Assembly: GCA_004764695.1 (NCBI GenBank)
Contig: SMSO01000035.1
Span: 806,001-870,000 of the forward strand
Direction: 5' to 3'
DNA length: 64,000 nucleotides
Source: Schizochytrium sp. TIO01
Taxonomy: Eukaryota; Protista; Bigyra: Labyrinthulomycetes
Shown: piece by piece, positions 13,334-25,681 of the stretch
Position numbering within the stretch: the first letter of the stretch is position 1
Layout: each line of letters begins with the position of its first letter
The notes under the pieces: generated by a model
The model's database searches: none
What the model saw: the letters and a program-made list of their open reading frames with translations, nothing else
Told to the model about the DNA's origin: nothing
Position numbers and translations under genes: made by a program

Positions 13334-15040
13334 TTATGTGAGCACTGGAGATGGAAAGGGGGTTGTGTCAGCAGAAATGATAGATACAGATGGACGACGG
13401 AACAACGTGACGCCGTCCCCTTCTCCCGTCAGTGGGTCCGACAATGGGTCATGCCCCAACATATTTCGTCGCAAAGCCTCATCGAGCACGACATTCCAAT
13501 CCGTAGTTAACACGTAGAAACATAGCACCAATGTTGTTACGGAATAACCAGCCATGAGTCCTAGCCACAAACCAAGAAGACCCATATCAAAGGTCAAAGC
13601 AAGGACATATGCGAGCGGCACAGCAACAACCCAGGCACCACAGAGGAAAGCAGCAGCCACAATATTAGGTCGACCTTGCGCATCAAGCAATGCCATGCTT
13701 AGATAGAAAAGACTGAGCGCTACAAAACCAAAACTGATGGGTAAAACAATCGTGGCAGCAGCTTGAATGACCCGCTCGTCATTGCTGAAAATAGCTCCGA
13801 CTTTATAACGGAGCACGAGTAAACAAACGCAGCTAATCACAGAAACGATAATACAAACAACAAACGCAATCTTAGCTACCAGCTTGGCGTGCATGGCATC
13901 TTGCGCACCAATGTACATACCACATCGAACAGAGGTCGCCTTCATTACACCCCATTGAAAGGCTAAAATGCTAAGGAAAAAACTGAGCAGACCATTGTGC
14001 GTACCAACAATCCAAGACCCGTCTGGCTGCTTATTTGCGTATTCGATCGCAAAAGAAGAAATGGTTTGGATTTGTAGATCTTCCAGCAATGTTGCTACTG
14101 TCAGCGGCAGCCCCTGTTTAAGAAATTCTTTCAGGCGCGGAAGAGAGATGGAGTGTTTGTCCCAGCCTGGCCAGCATCGAGCCATATCACTTCGCCAATA
14201 AAACACATAAACAAAATAAACGATAAAGATAAAGATATTGGTGCTTGCTGTAGCGATGGGACTTCCAATAAAACCCAGGCCAGCCCAACTGCCCGCCCCA
14301 TAAATGAAAAACTGATTAAGGCCCACGTTAAGTACGAACGAGACGACTGCAATCAACACTAGTGGGAGAATCACTCCCTGCGCCAGACAAAATTGCCTGA
14401 TTGCCCCAGCAAAAAGCTGTGGGTATAATCTAAGAATAGAATACCTTGAGAATTCTTCCACAAGACGCTTCACCTCCAAATCTAGTGAGAAAATTCCATG
14501 CAATATATCTGCAGCGTACCACCAGAGCACGGCTACGGGAATGCCCAGCACTGTGCACACTACCAGTGCCAGTTGAAGCCATCGTCCTACAAGTGTATAT
14601 TTCCCTGCACCAAATGCTTGGGAGCACAGTACAGTTAGTACTTGCAGAAATCCTCGTAGAAAGATGGCCATTGTGACGTCGAACAGGATCCCAGCTTCTG
14701 AACTGGCTGCAAGATACTTGCTGGACTGTTCTGCTGAGCCATAGTGGCCGAGGAAACTCATGTCAATCAGATTAAAACTTGTCGAGGCAAAGAATAGAAT
14801 CATAGTTGGCCATGTGATGGCCCACCATGCTTTGAATTCAGCTTGCTGCTCAGGAGACTGCCAATCTAGCTTCAAATCGCCCATAAGGCGGTTCTCCTGA
14901 GCTCCACCCATAGGTAGCGAGTCATATGGTACATCATCGTCCTCGCCAAGGCCTCCTTCTTCACTTGTTACTGTGCTTGGATCCACGCGACGATAATCGT
15001 ACTCGTACGCATCATCCGAAGTTGAGCTGGAGCGCAACAT
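13334..15040 (-). CDS. MATE family (multidrug and toxic compound extrusion) transporter
   Basis: 568 aa with about 12 hydrophobic segments; LCSQAFGAG, LGFIGSPIA, SVRCG..IGA and MGLLGLWLG are typical MATE motifs. Confidence 0.92.
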   Translation of the reverse strand: MLRSSSTSDDAYEYDYRRVDPSTVTSEEGGLGEDDDVPYDSLPMGGAQENRLMGDLKLDWQSPEQQAEFKAWWAITWPTMILFFASTSFNLIDMSFLGHYGSAEQSSKYLAASSEAGILFDVTMAIFLRGFLQVLTVLCSQAFGAGKYTLVGRWLQLALVVCTVLGIPVAVLWWYAADILHGIFSLDLEVKRLVEEFSRYSILRLYPQLFAGAIRQFCLAQGVILPLVLIAVVSFVLNVGLNQFFIYGAGSWAGLGFIGSPIATASTNIFIFIVYFVYVFYWRSDMARCWPGWDKHSISLPRLKEFLKQGLPLTVATLLEDLQIQTISSFAIEYANKQPDGSWIVGTHNGLLSFFLSILAFQWGVMKATSVRCGMYIGAQDAMHAKLVAKIAFVVCIIVSVISCVCLLVLRYKVGAIFSNDERVIQAAATIVLPISFGFVALSLFYLSMALLDAQGRPNIVAAAFLCGAWVVAVPLAYVLALTFDMGLLGLWLGLMAGYSVTTLVLCFYVLTTDWNVVLDEALRRNMLGHDPLSDPLTGEGDGVTLFRRPSVSIISADTTPFPSPVLT

Positions 15041-18000
15041 TTAGGATTAGATGTACACTCTATCTAATTCAATATGAGGCAGCCCAGTTCAACCTCGAAA
15101 AATTCGAAAGATCGAGGAATTGAACAAATCCTATGCTTGACTGTTCTGGCTCCAAGGTAAATTTGACCAAACCTTTCGAAATCCGTCCTGATTCACGATA
15201 ACCTTGCACAAGCCTAAACAAAGCACAGGACGGTATGGGAGGAACGATCAAGATATTTACCTCAGGCGAATCTAAAGGGAAAGTCGTCCAGGGAGTACCC
15301 TACCAAACCTGAGTGAAAGAACCAGCACGCCCTCCCAAGACTGCCACGATCAGGGCCCGCGCTCCGAGTGCCCAATTTGCTTTGTCGCAGTTAATGCTCG
15401 TCAGCAGGACGGCACTCAAGGATCCTCAATATCCCAGGCTGCCTAATGATTTTTTTAAAAATAATTAAATATCATACTAAAGGGGAACTGTATGTATTTG
15501 GGCTGATATTTACATCTCTTCATAACTTGGTTATTGAGTATTCATTGCTCACTGAGTGAGTTAAAACCACATTTCCATTCGATACTTGGTTGCAACCTAT
15601 AGAGAACTATTCTGCGAAGTTAAACGGCAGCCGCCAGAGTCCATTTTGGGGGGGCAGAAAGTAACCAAGGGACCCTCTAAGTTACATGCTGAGTGACTTC
15701 AAGATCAGATGGTCGTGGACTTTATTTAGAATGTACTAAAACGTCGAGTTTGCTGCGAGGCAGATATGAATATGTAGGCTTATGATACTTTAAATGTTTC
15801 CGCACAGGTCAAAATTCATTAGCAAGGAATGACTTCCCCTAGTATGCTGAAGAAACAAATGTTCACAGTAATTTAAGCAAATTAATGGCTTTTGTTTGCT
15901 TTGCTCTACTTTATTATAGGCTTTCAAACCTGAATTTATGTTTGCTGCTTAGGAGTTAAAATTGAATTATTGATCCATTCGTTTGATTTTGGATTAAATT
16001 CATGGCTTTGATTTTTTTGTGAAACATGGAAGAACGCAGGCACGAGAAGAGTAAGAGTTTCTTGCAAATCACTATCAGTTTAGGTTTTGCTTGGCTACAC
16101 TCTATAGAATAATTTCTGCACATGTTAAAACCATTCTCCTTTGATGTTGGCGTCGGCATATATACGTATGATATCAAATGCGTCTTCCCATCTTTAGGCA
16201 TGAAAAAGATTCCCATCGACCTTCTCCACAACTTATTGCATTGACCTTGAATTATTAATCTTAGCAGGCGTAAGTTGATTAGCTTACCATGGTAGAAAAT
16301 GACTTGAGCACCTGAGCAGCAATGTAATGACTTGCCTCGCTTGTCAAAAGACTAAACGAGCGGCGCATAGCTCATTGTCTGGACAAATTAGTAAAACATC
16401 ATACTTGATGTGCAAATCAACGAACTTCTCTTAGCAAGCGATAGGGTAGCAGCGCCTGCTTTGCAAATCCGCATATAAAGCATTAGACCCAGAGGTGTCA
16501 AGCATGTCTACAGCATACGAGCCTGCTGTGCCGCGCAGCACATGTTTTTTTGTGCACTGGCAATAATGACAGATAAAGTCGTGATATACGTCCAAGCGCT
16601 TGTTCTCCTATATAACATTGAGCACGGATCCGTGCATCAGATAATCATAACTACTACTAGAATACTGGATTCAGAAAACCGACACAAGTGAAGGTTCGGG
16701 TAGAGAGAGCCAATGTAGTTTTTCCTTAATCCAGCTTCTGATTACCTTGGTTGAAAGCATTTCCTTCCTGTCCACTGAAAACGAAGTCAACTTCGAGAAC
16801 AGATTGAAGGGGAATATACGAGTGGCACTTTCCCCAACACGTCGCTCTTCTAGTTGGATAGCTATTTCGCTTAATCTTTTTCGACATGGTAAACATGAGC
16901 TCTAATATGCTTCCTTCATGTGCTAAATTTTTGTATTCGACACGGCTTTACAAATTCTTGTCAAACCCATAGCCTTACATGCTGCAAGTTAAAAGACAAA
17001 TTCTCCAAAGCACAAACGTATATTATCGACCAGTGCCTAGATCCTCTTCGACATACTCGGCCGGTCTATTTTCAGGCATTGTTGATTGGGCAAGACAATA
17101 CTGTCTACTAACTCCTCACAGCTGAATGTTGATATCCGTATTCAGCGTCAACGATTATAAAACAAGAGGATCTTTCCTATGAAATACTTTGTGAGTCCGG
17201 CCTCGCATTAATTCTGTATAGGTGAATGTAATGTTATGGCGAAATGAAAAAGTCTGTCGCCGCCTTGAGCATCCTTTGCTATTGTGTCATTAAGTGCTTC
17301 GAATTACTAGCTAGCGACTACGGCTTCCTCAGCCAACACTATTGAGAGGTCCTAAAAGTAAGTACGTAGTGAGTTGAGGCAGAAATATGGACCTTGCATC
17401 CGTTCGTACGACCGAGGGTCCTGAATTTATCGCGGACGACGTGCTACGCTTTCCTGGAACGCTGATGCTTCATTCCGCCATCATGCAGAGCGGCCTGCAC
17501 AGCGCTTCCACGGTTCGCATTTTCTACCGAGCAATTGAGGTTTTTCCGAGCTAATTCTCGCACAATCTGATGTTGCAACGATGGTCTCTTTTTTCGCTTT
17601 TGCCCTCGGCGTGCTGCTGATGCAATCATTTCCTCGGAGCCCAGAGCTCAAGTTCTTTGGAACTTTTTATAAAGTTTATTTGTTTATGGAAAAGGAAGAA
17701 AGGTCGATGGTCTTATCAGCGTAGTAGCTGTACTACATGATCTTGAAGAACTTGAATTCATGCTCCTGGCCTGAGAATACGAGTGTTCGCTGCTGATCAA
17801 GTTGATTCCCACGCGTCTCTTTTGCCAAACTAGCTTCCTTCTCCCATCCTTCTTCATCCCAGACACCATCAATCTGCCATTCAAGGCAGTTATTCTTTTT
17901 TATTTTATGAAAAGCTCAATCTTAGGTGGTAGGTATTGATTGTCTTGAGGTCTCTCTACAAAATCGCCGTTGTGCATACCGCGATGCGCAATCACTTAGC

Positions 18001-19354
18001 GCAACTTGAAGTGCCCTTGTGTCAAGGAAGGTCCTGCGACACCACTATCGATATTTTAAGGTATATATGAGGTTTTACATTATCTTGTTTGTAAACAAGG
18101 CCATTAGTTGATTCGACCTCGGTCATACGTTTAGAATGCCAGGTTCAAAAGCTTCTGCCTCATGAGAGCTTGCTTTCTTACATTTTATTCTGCCGACTTT
18201 ATCATAATTCTGCACAGAAGATGAAAATCTCGTCATGCTCGATGGCTTTCGAGAGGTGCACAATCACCATCCCAGACAAATCACGCACAGTACTCGTGGG
18301 CCAGAGAACGACGAAGGTTTGGCAAACCTGCCGCTATTTACCCGTGCCTCGAAGCTGGTTCTTAGCGCTGGGAAGACGGCGGTCTTCAAGTGAGTTCGAA
18401 GAAAGGACTAGCAGTGCTCAAAGTAGTAGATAGACAAAAAGGTAGGTAGGTGCTTAGCTGATAGGAAGCAGGCCCGAACGGAAGCTGAGTGACAGAGTTA
18501 GCGTTTAAGGTAGAAGGGCCATAGCGGTCTCACGATGATCACAAAGTGCAATCTGCCAAGGGAGCTGAGGCAGATGCAGCCCGTCATTGAGAGCGAGCTG
18601 AAGGACTGCAGAAGAGTATGCGACGACAAGTAAAGTTGAAGACGCATTTATTTCGAGACGTTAGAGCAAAAAACGGTGGCCCGTGCGTTTATTTGGGAGA
18701 CGGCGGTGATGGCAGCAGCGAGCTCCACCTTGTACGGTACCTACAAACTTGTAGAGGGGCTTACGGGGCAACCATCATATGATATCAGCCAAGTTTCACA
18801 CCAATTGTGCTCGAGTCGCCCCCGGAAGCTAACTTCTCTTACCGCAGTGTAGATGACATTCTTTCTTATTGTGATAACGTGCCATAGGCTTCGTGCTACT
18901 AGGGTAAGCAGGTGAGTCTTGAGACCTTCAAGTTGCTGCTTCTTTCATAGTTAACAGTTTCTGAATGAAGATTACACAGACCAGGGCAAAACAATGAAGA
19001 TTACTCTGAATAACGAGATGGATAGGACTCTGAGATAGAATAAACCTAGAGTAAACTCTACACGGGTATGTCCTCACCTCTGCCTCGCGTAATTAGTTAC
19101 CTCAAGCAAACACGAAATTTGATCAAGGAAAAAGCCGAGGCGTTCCGAGGTGATCGCGAGTGAATCGTCTGGTTTGTAGTTAATCGTGTAAAATTTTGTG
19201 CAGATGTACATATCTCGATTATCTTTCAGTGTATAAAACAGTCAGCCTCTTGAAAGGCTTCAAGACCTGAATCAGAAACTTCTTGACGGGTATAAAGCAA
19301 AAGTAAACCCGTAATTAATTGCACAGCCAAGATTTCAAACCAAGCGACTTTACC

Positions 19355-20572
19355 ATGGGCAAAGCTTTCAAGATTGCAACTGCTCTTATGGCAATGTGCG
19401 CTGGTGCTAGTCTTGCTCTGCAAAGTGCACTCAATGGAGCATTGCTAGTTCCACTAAACAATGGTCTCATGTCATCTTTTTTCTCCTTCATGGGGGGGAC
19501 TACATCTCTAGCGCTTATTGCACCTTTTACACTCGGGCAAAAACCTCGAGACAAAGGAGCTAATCCCAAGCCAGTGCGCTGGTGGATGTGGCTAACAGGA
19601 GGCTCAATCTCTGTCTTTTATGTGACAGCTGGAACATTTCTGGGACCTAAACTAGGTTATGGCCTCTTTTATGCAGCTGTTATAGCTGGGCAGCTTAGTT
19701 CAGGTCTCATTGTGGACCACTTTGCATTTATGGACCTTCCGAAGAAGCCTGCTACGATTTGGCGCATTATTGCTACATTAGTGGTGCTTGCTGGTGCAAT
19801 CATGGCAATTGCCGACAAGCTTGACGTGGATGGCCAGAGTGTAGGCAAGGTTGTGGGCTATGTTATCGTTGCCTTTGTAGGAGGGGCTTTGCTTACGATT
19901 CAGGCCCCGGTCAACAGTGCTTTGACCATTCGCATTGGTACACTGCCCCACCGTACGGCACTTTTATCGTTTAGTGTAGCGCTTGGTTTTATTGCTATCA
20001 TTTGGGCAGTATCAATACCCATAATTGGCGGAGGATTGACTAAAGTCCACATGGACCAGACTGAATGGTGGATGTTTTTTGGTGGGCCTTTAGGCGCATT
20101 CTATGTTGAAGCATCCGTGCAACTAGCACCCGTCCTAGGCGTTGCCTGGTTTTTCGTCGCAGTCATAGCTGGTCAGTTATTGATGTCGCTCTTTGTAGAC
20201 TCCTTTGGCATTGCTAACTCTACAGTCGTCGCCCCCTCTGCATTGCGAATTGCTGGAGTTGTGCTGGTCTTTGTTGGTGCTGCATGTTTCCGACTTCTTC
20301 CTCTTGGAAGGAAAACGCGAAGACTACTGCGCAGAAAGTTGCGACTTGAGACTCTTGAGGACTCTCCGCAGGGTTCATCTGAAGACGGAGATCCCACAGA
20401 GACAGCTGATATCGAGTCGCTTAGCAATGGTGAAGAGGAGTATACAAATGACATTGTGAAGGCCAAATGCACAGATATTGAGGATCCTGCTGAGGTGTCC
20501 GAAATCAAAGAAAACATTGTAGAAGTTGTAGAAAATCCGCAAACAATAACGCACCAACTCGCTAATGTGTAA
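19355..20572 (+). CDS. DMT-superfamily transporter, YdcZ/DUF606 type, two fused domains (paralog 1)
   Basis: LQSALNGAL, WWMWLTGG, IAGQL...DHF in domain 1 and QAPVNSAL, WWMFFGG, IAGQL...DSFG in domain 2; ATG 19355 chosen by alignment with the paralogs. Confidence 0.88.
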   Translation: MGKAFKIATALMAMCAGASLALQSALNGALLVPLNNGLMSSFFSFMGGTTSLALIAPFTLGQKPRDKGANPKPVRWWMWLTGGSISVFYVTAGTFLGPKLGYGLFYAAVIAGQLSSGLIVDHFAFMDLPKKPATIWRIIATLVVLAGAIMAIADKLDVDGQSVGKVVGYVIVAFVGGALLTIQAPVNSALTIRIGTLPHRTALLSFSVALGFIAIIWAVSIPIIGGGLTKVHMDQTEWWMFFGGPLGAFYVEASVQLAPVLGVAWFFVAVIAGQLLMSLFVDSFGIANSTVVAPSALRIAGVVLVFVGAACFRLLPLGRKTRRLLRRKLRLETLEDSPQGSSEDGDPTETADIESLSNGEEEYTNDIVKAKCTDIEDPAEVSEIKENIVEVVENPQTITHQLANV

Positions 20573-22082
20573 AGTATTTGTAGTTTATTTTGGTCTATGA
20601 AAAATTTAGTTTATAACGTCATTGAAGAGAGCCATCAATCCATAATGCACCAACTTGCTAATGCGTAAAGTGCTTTTAGTTTATTTACCTGTGGTTTACA
20701 CGAGTTTGGGAAGTCCTCTGCACTAAAAAATGCAAATCAAGGCTAGTGATTAAATAATTTGTATTAAAATAAATGTTTACTGAGATTGGCACGCCAACTA
20801 TGATGTTTTAGGAATTTCGAAACAACGCACTATGAAGAGAAATTTAAGGGTCTCCAGGTTCACTTCAGACATAAGGCGTTTTGAGAGGAACAGCGGCCTT
20901 CTTTCTATCTGTCGTCTTTAGGGCCTGCGCCTGTCAAGAAAAGGAAACTGGGAGTAGATTTGGTTAGAAATATAATCCATTTCAAGCTCATCGGAGTCTG
21001 AAACGATGCTGATACGGTTTACCAGTCTTTTTCACTGCTGCTCTACGAACAAAGCTTTCCCTAACCATCTATTTATTTGCAGTGTGTGTATAGGAATTAA
21101 TTTAATTTGGCAGAGGTTTGGCTGCCTTGACCAGTGTGATTTTTATGTTGTTATGCATATTTGCTCAATTGTAACAGCTAGGGAAGAGAGTGAGGTGTCT
21201 GTCTCCATATCAAACAAATGGGCCCGGAACTTTGAAAACATGAACAACCCGAACTCAGTTGTTCCTCTTCCACCCTTTTTATTGTTATTATTTATTTTTT
21301 AATATAACCACATACTATAGACTAGTAGGTGCGGAAATACGTCAGGTCCAGGGGCTTGATTCTCATCAAGCATCGCAGACCCTGCATTATTTTGTCCTCT
21401 TCAGGGACGAACTCAACGTCAATGCATCTGGAAAATATGCCTCGAGCAATAAAATTGCAGAAATGGCTCGCCATGAAGACTAAAGGATGCTCACCCACCC
21501 ACCCACTTACAACTAGGGTCTCCTTCGAAATAGATTCTTTGCTTCGTTTTCATTCATTTTTTACATTTAATTTATTTCTAATTAAAAAAGCAAAAGCAAA
21601 AGGAAAAGGAAAAAAGAAAAAAAACTCCAAGTCCATAAAACCTTCTTATTCTTGCAACTAGCTAGGTATTTAGTTACTACATTTAATTGTTTCAAAAACT
21701 AAAAAAATGAATAAAAATTCAAAGTTTATTAACTTTTTAACATTCTAAATTAAAATTGAGAAAGGATCATGTAATTATGGAATTATGCATAGGCAGACTA
21801 TCACATGATAACCTAAGGCTATTATGTTAGGGCGAGCTTGGGCACCACATCGGTGGATGGTCATTCCGCCAGAGCAGAGCGTGATCGAAGCCCGTCACCT
21901 CGAGGAAGAGGCGGGTGCAGAGGTTGTTAGGAGGGTCGACGTCCCTAACGACCCTGGTGTCCAGCTCGCCGCTGCTGCCTACAGCGTGGAAGTCTGTCTG
22001 GGTGGAGGTACTACACCGCAGCAAAACAAGAACTTAGACAACAGACACTGTACCACGCAGAGGGTGGTCCCGCTGCTTCAGG

Positions 22083-22128
22083 TGGGCAGTGCTTTGCTGG
22101 GCAGTGCTTTGCTGGGCAGTGCTTTGCT
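22083..22128. repeat. 15-bp tandem repeat x3 (TGGGCAGTGCTTTGC)
   Basis: Three perfect units read directly. Confidence 0.9.
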
Positions 22129-22275
22129 TTCCATTGGGCTGGAAACAAGCTGCCAAGAGGCAAGGCGAAGAAAGGACCTGAAGGGATGCAAGTTTGCTGC
22201 CTTGAGGGACTGTAAGGTGCGCACAGATTTGCTTGGAGAAGAGGTCTCCAAGGAGGTCTTGCTACAAAATAAAAG

Positions 22276-23442
22276 ATGATTTTCCCGCGGGTCCTTCGAG
22301 CAGTTGCTGTGATGATGGCGTTGTGCTCAGGCGCGTTTCTAGCCCTTCAGAGCGCGCTTAATGGAGCACTCAAAGTTCCACTCAACAGCGGCTTGATGGC
22401 TGCCTTCTTTTCAATTCTGGGGGCCTTCACATCACTTCTTCTGTTATTTCCTTTCTCCTTGGGCCAGAAGCCACGAGACAAAGGCCCTAATCCCCTTCCT
22501 GTACGATGGTGGATGTGGTTTGTGGGAGGCTCAGTCTCGTGCTACTATGTGACAGCAGGTACATTTCTGGGGCCTAAAATTGGCTATGGACTCTTCTACG
22601 CAGCTGCGATTACAGGGCAGCTCATCACCGGCCTTGTGCTTGATCACATTGCATTTATGGGTGTGCCTCGTGCTCCAGCAACGGCATGGCGCATTGGATC
22701 AATGGCTGTTGTGCTGGCGGGCGCAATCATGGCGATTGCAGACAAAGTAAATGTGGATAATGTAAGCACTGGAGCATTAGTTGGCTATGTTTTTGTTTGC
22801 GTTGCTGGCGGCGCTCTTCTAACATTGCAAGCACCGATCAACAGTGCGTTTACACTCCGAATCGGAACCTTGGCGCATAGGACATCACTCATCGCTTTCA
22901 GTGTTTCCTTGTGTTTTATCTCGACTATTTGGGGAATCTCCGTGGGTATCAAAGGCAATGGCTTGAGCGATGTACATTTGGATGAAGCGTCTTGGTGGAT
23001 GTTTTTCGGCGGGCCACTAGGAGCGTTTTATATGTTTGCATCAGTTTTGCTTGCACCTTTTCTTGGTGTAGCCTGGTTTTTTGTTGCGGTGATTGCAGGC
23101 CAGCTACTCATGTCTTTGTTGATCGACAGCTTTGGTATTGCAAAATCTTCTGTCATCGATCCCTCTGCTATGAGAATAGCGGGCGTGGTTCTTGTATTCT
23201 TTGGTGGGGCTTGTTTCCGCCTGCTTCCGTTAGACCTTGCAACACAAAACATCATTCGGAAAAAGCTTGGTTTGCCTGTCCGGGAGATACCGGAGACACC
23301 AGAGACGATAGATCCAGAGTTACCTGATGATGATCCGTCCACGAATTCCTCCAAGATTTTTAACCCAGCAGAAGTAGAGAGCTATGAAGAAAAGCATGAA
23401 ATCACTGAGGGACAGCAAGGCCACCTTATTGCCAAGGTCTGA
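22276..23442 (+). CDS. DMT-superfamily transporter, YdcZ/DUF606 type (paralog 2)
   Basis: 388 aa, colinear with paralog 1 (GQKPRDKG.NP.PVRWWMW, TFLGPK.GYGLFYAA, FFVAVIAGQLLMSL). Confidence 0.9.
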   Translation: MIFPRVLRAVAVMMALCSGAFLALQSALNGALKVPLNSGLMAAFFSILGAFTSLLLLFPFSLGQKPRDKGPNPLPVRWWMWFVGGSVSCYYVTAGTFLGPKIGYGLFYAAAITGQLITGLVLDHIAFMGVPRAPATAWRIGSMAVVLAGAIMAIADKVNVDNVSTGALVGYVFVCVAGGALLTLQAPINSAFTLRIGTLAHRTSLIAFSVSLCFISTIWGISVGIKGNGLSDVHLDEASWWMFFGGPLGAFYMFASVLLAPFLGVAWFFVAVIAGQLLMSLLIDSFGIAKSSVIDPSAMRIAGVVLVFFGGACFRLLPLDLATQNIIRKKLGLPVREIPETPETIDPELPDDDPSTNSSKIFNPAEVESYEEKHEITEGQQGHLIAKV

Positions 23443-25681
23443 AACTTGACTATAAAGTATGTAAAATAATAGTTTAATTCCCGTGTCATTTCGATCGTGC
23501 AGTCAAGAAGCCAATCTTGAAGGGGCAAGTTAACCATAGCTTGAACTTTTTTCCCATAAGGTTGGTTCAACCCGCCCCTTTCTTTCCATGTGCTGTGTAT
23601 GAGTGTTACGATTTGACTTGAGCTTCTCATTAAATCACAACCCTCTCTTCCAGCACCGAGAAAGAAAGAAAATCTTAGCTAAGTCCACTCAAGGCGGCAG
23701 TGACTAGTAACCTAATCATCATTATCATGCGCGAAGGTGCTAAATACAGACCCCCTAGACTGTCACATACTCCTCTAGTTGACTGCTTAAGCCATTGGAC
23801 AGTGTCACTGTCACTCCGGCCTGCATGAAAGAAATTCCGACTCTTCATAAATGGACCTTACACTAGCTCATCTCAAGTCCCATCATCATGCTAGCTAGCA
23901 TAGCCAGATAGGACGGTCCAATGCGTCCAATTTCCCGCGCCTCAAGCAAAGCTGAATCATCCGAGGAAATAACTTAGCCACGCCCAATTGAGGGAAAACG
24001 CTCGCTTCTCAGGTATTCCTGAGGTGCCACAGCAGCCCCATTACAGGCGAAGCGGCTCACAATTCGAGCCAGAAACCAAGGTACAGTGCATTCATTCTAT
24101 AAACCCATGCAACACTCACTCACTACCAAGGATACATACATACCATCGATGCTCGAAACGACCTTAGATGTGCCTACTACTATCAAACAGATTGTATCGA
24201 TACCATGCCTCAGCCGTTCCGAGAGTCTGTCAGACGACGGCAACGCCGACGACGGCAGCAAGCAAAGCCTTGGACTGCCCGCTCACTTACTTTATAATAC
24301 AATCATCAAGTAGTGGATACGCCATTTCCATCTTCGAGGAGAGCTCTCGCGCGTACGAGTAGGCCGGGAACAAACGGATGGTGTGACCCCGTTTAACTTG
24401 AACGAGGGCTGTTGCGTGCTACTTTACATACCTGAAAGCTCCAGAGAAGGGATCGCGATGACACTAACTAACACACAAACTTCGCAATCATCGCCGCAGA
24501 ATACCAGACTCGGTGGCAGTATGCTGCTACGAGCGTGGACTAAGTCTAGTCGTGCTTTCAGTCAGAGCAAAGAATTGCTTGCAAAACGCTGCCTTACAGG
24601 CTTGCGTACTTCTTCCTTCGAGGCTGCTTACTCACTTACACCTGCCGTGCACCTGCGAAAACCAAGCTCGCTCGTGGGAGCTGTTTACGTCAGTTATTTA
24701 CGTTAGAGAGGTCGCGGTGCCTCGTGCCGGCGAACATTCTGTGCGTGGTGGTCAACTCGGTTGAGTCAATATTCACAGATGGATGATAGATAAATAAATA
24801 GAGAGTGCACTTTCTTTCGCCTACTGCCACGACTTATTTGAGGTTTATCGACGATTAGAATCATAATCTTTAAGTTTAGGAGCAGGTAGGCGGTAGGTAG
24901 CACTTAACTTATTTATCTTGAGAGGAAAGTAATAAAATTGTTACGATGGTGGGAAATCTCGGCTCTGCCGCAAACCCGTCAAACAAAGCACGTTTTCGCA
25001 TGAAAGAACCACTCGAGGGAGTTATAATCAACCAGAACCTGAAGCCTGCCACCATAGATTTCGTCGGCCCAAAGGCGGCAGCAGAAGGTATAGTAGCAGT
25101 GGCAGCAGGAACCCCTCCGGCTTATTGGCGAACGAAAGCCCTAGGCTGGCTAACTCTTTGGTTCTCTCGGCTTTTGTTCGCCACGAATAAAGGTACCAGT
25201 AGTAGTTCCCAAACCACTCCTCACTGCTACTTGGTGAACCCTGACGTGCCGTAGTTCAAGAGGCCACGCCTGGGTGCTGCGACGGCCTCTTGCTAGGTAC
25301 ACTAGCGCAGCCAGAACTGAAATTGCAAGCAGTCTGTGTGCTTGGTTCACCTGGCGAGGGAGTGGCGACGATCTTTGTGACTCTTGTAGTCCTTCCGCCA
25401 CCGCGCTCAAACATCGCGTGCGCAGCATATTGTTAACGAGGAGGTGCCAAGCGACGAAGAATCTTGGGCAGCAAAACAAGGACGGTACCTGGGACAATCC
25501 TGGGCTTGCGCGAGGCTCCTTCCTCATCTTGGGTGTTGCATTCTTGACGAGTTATTTTTACATCTTTAAGAACTCTGGTTTGGGGCTTCCTCTGTAATAC
25601 TGAGCATTATACTCAACTTCAAGCGCAAAACGACGCTGCGGTGCTTTAGTTTATTAAGCACGTGAACTTGATCTAGCTGCC

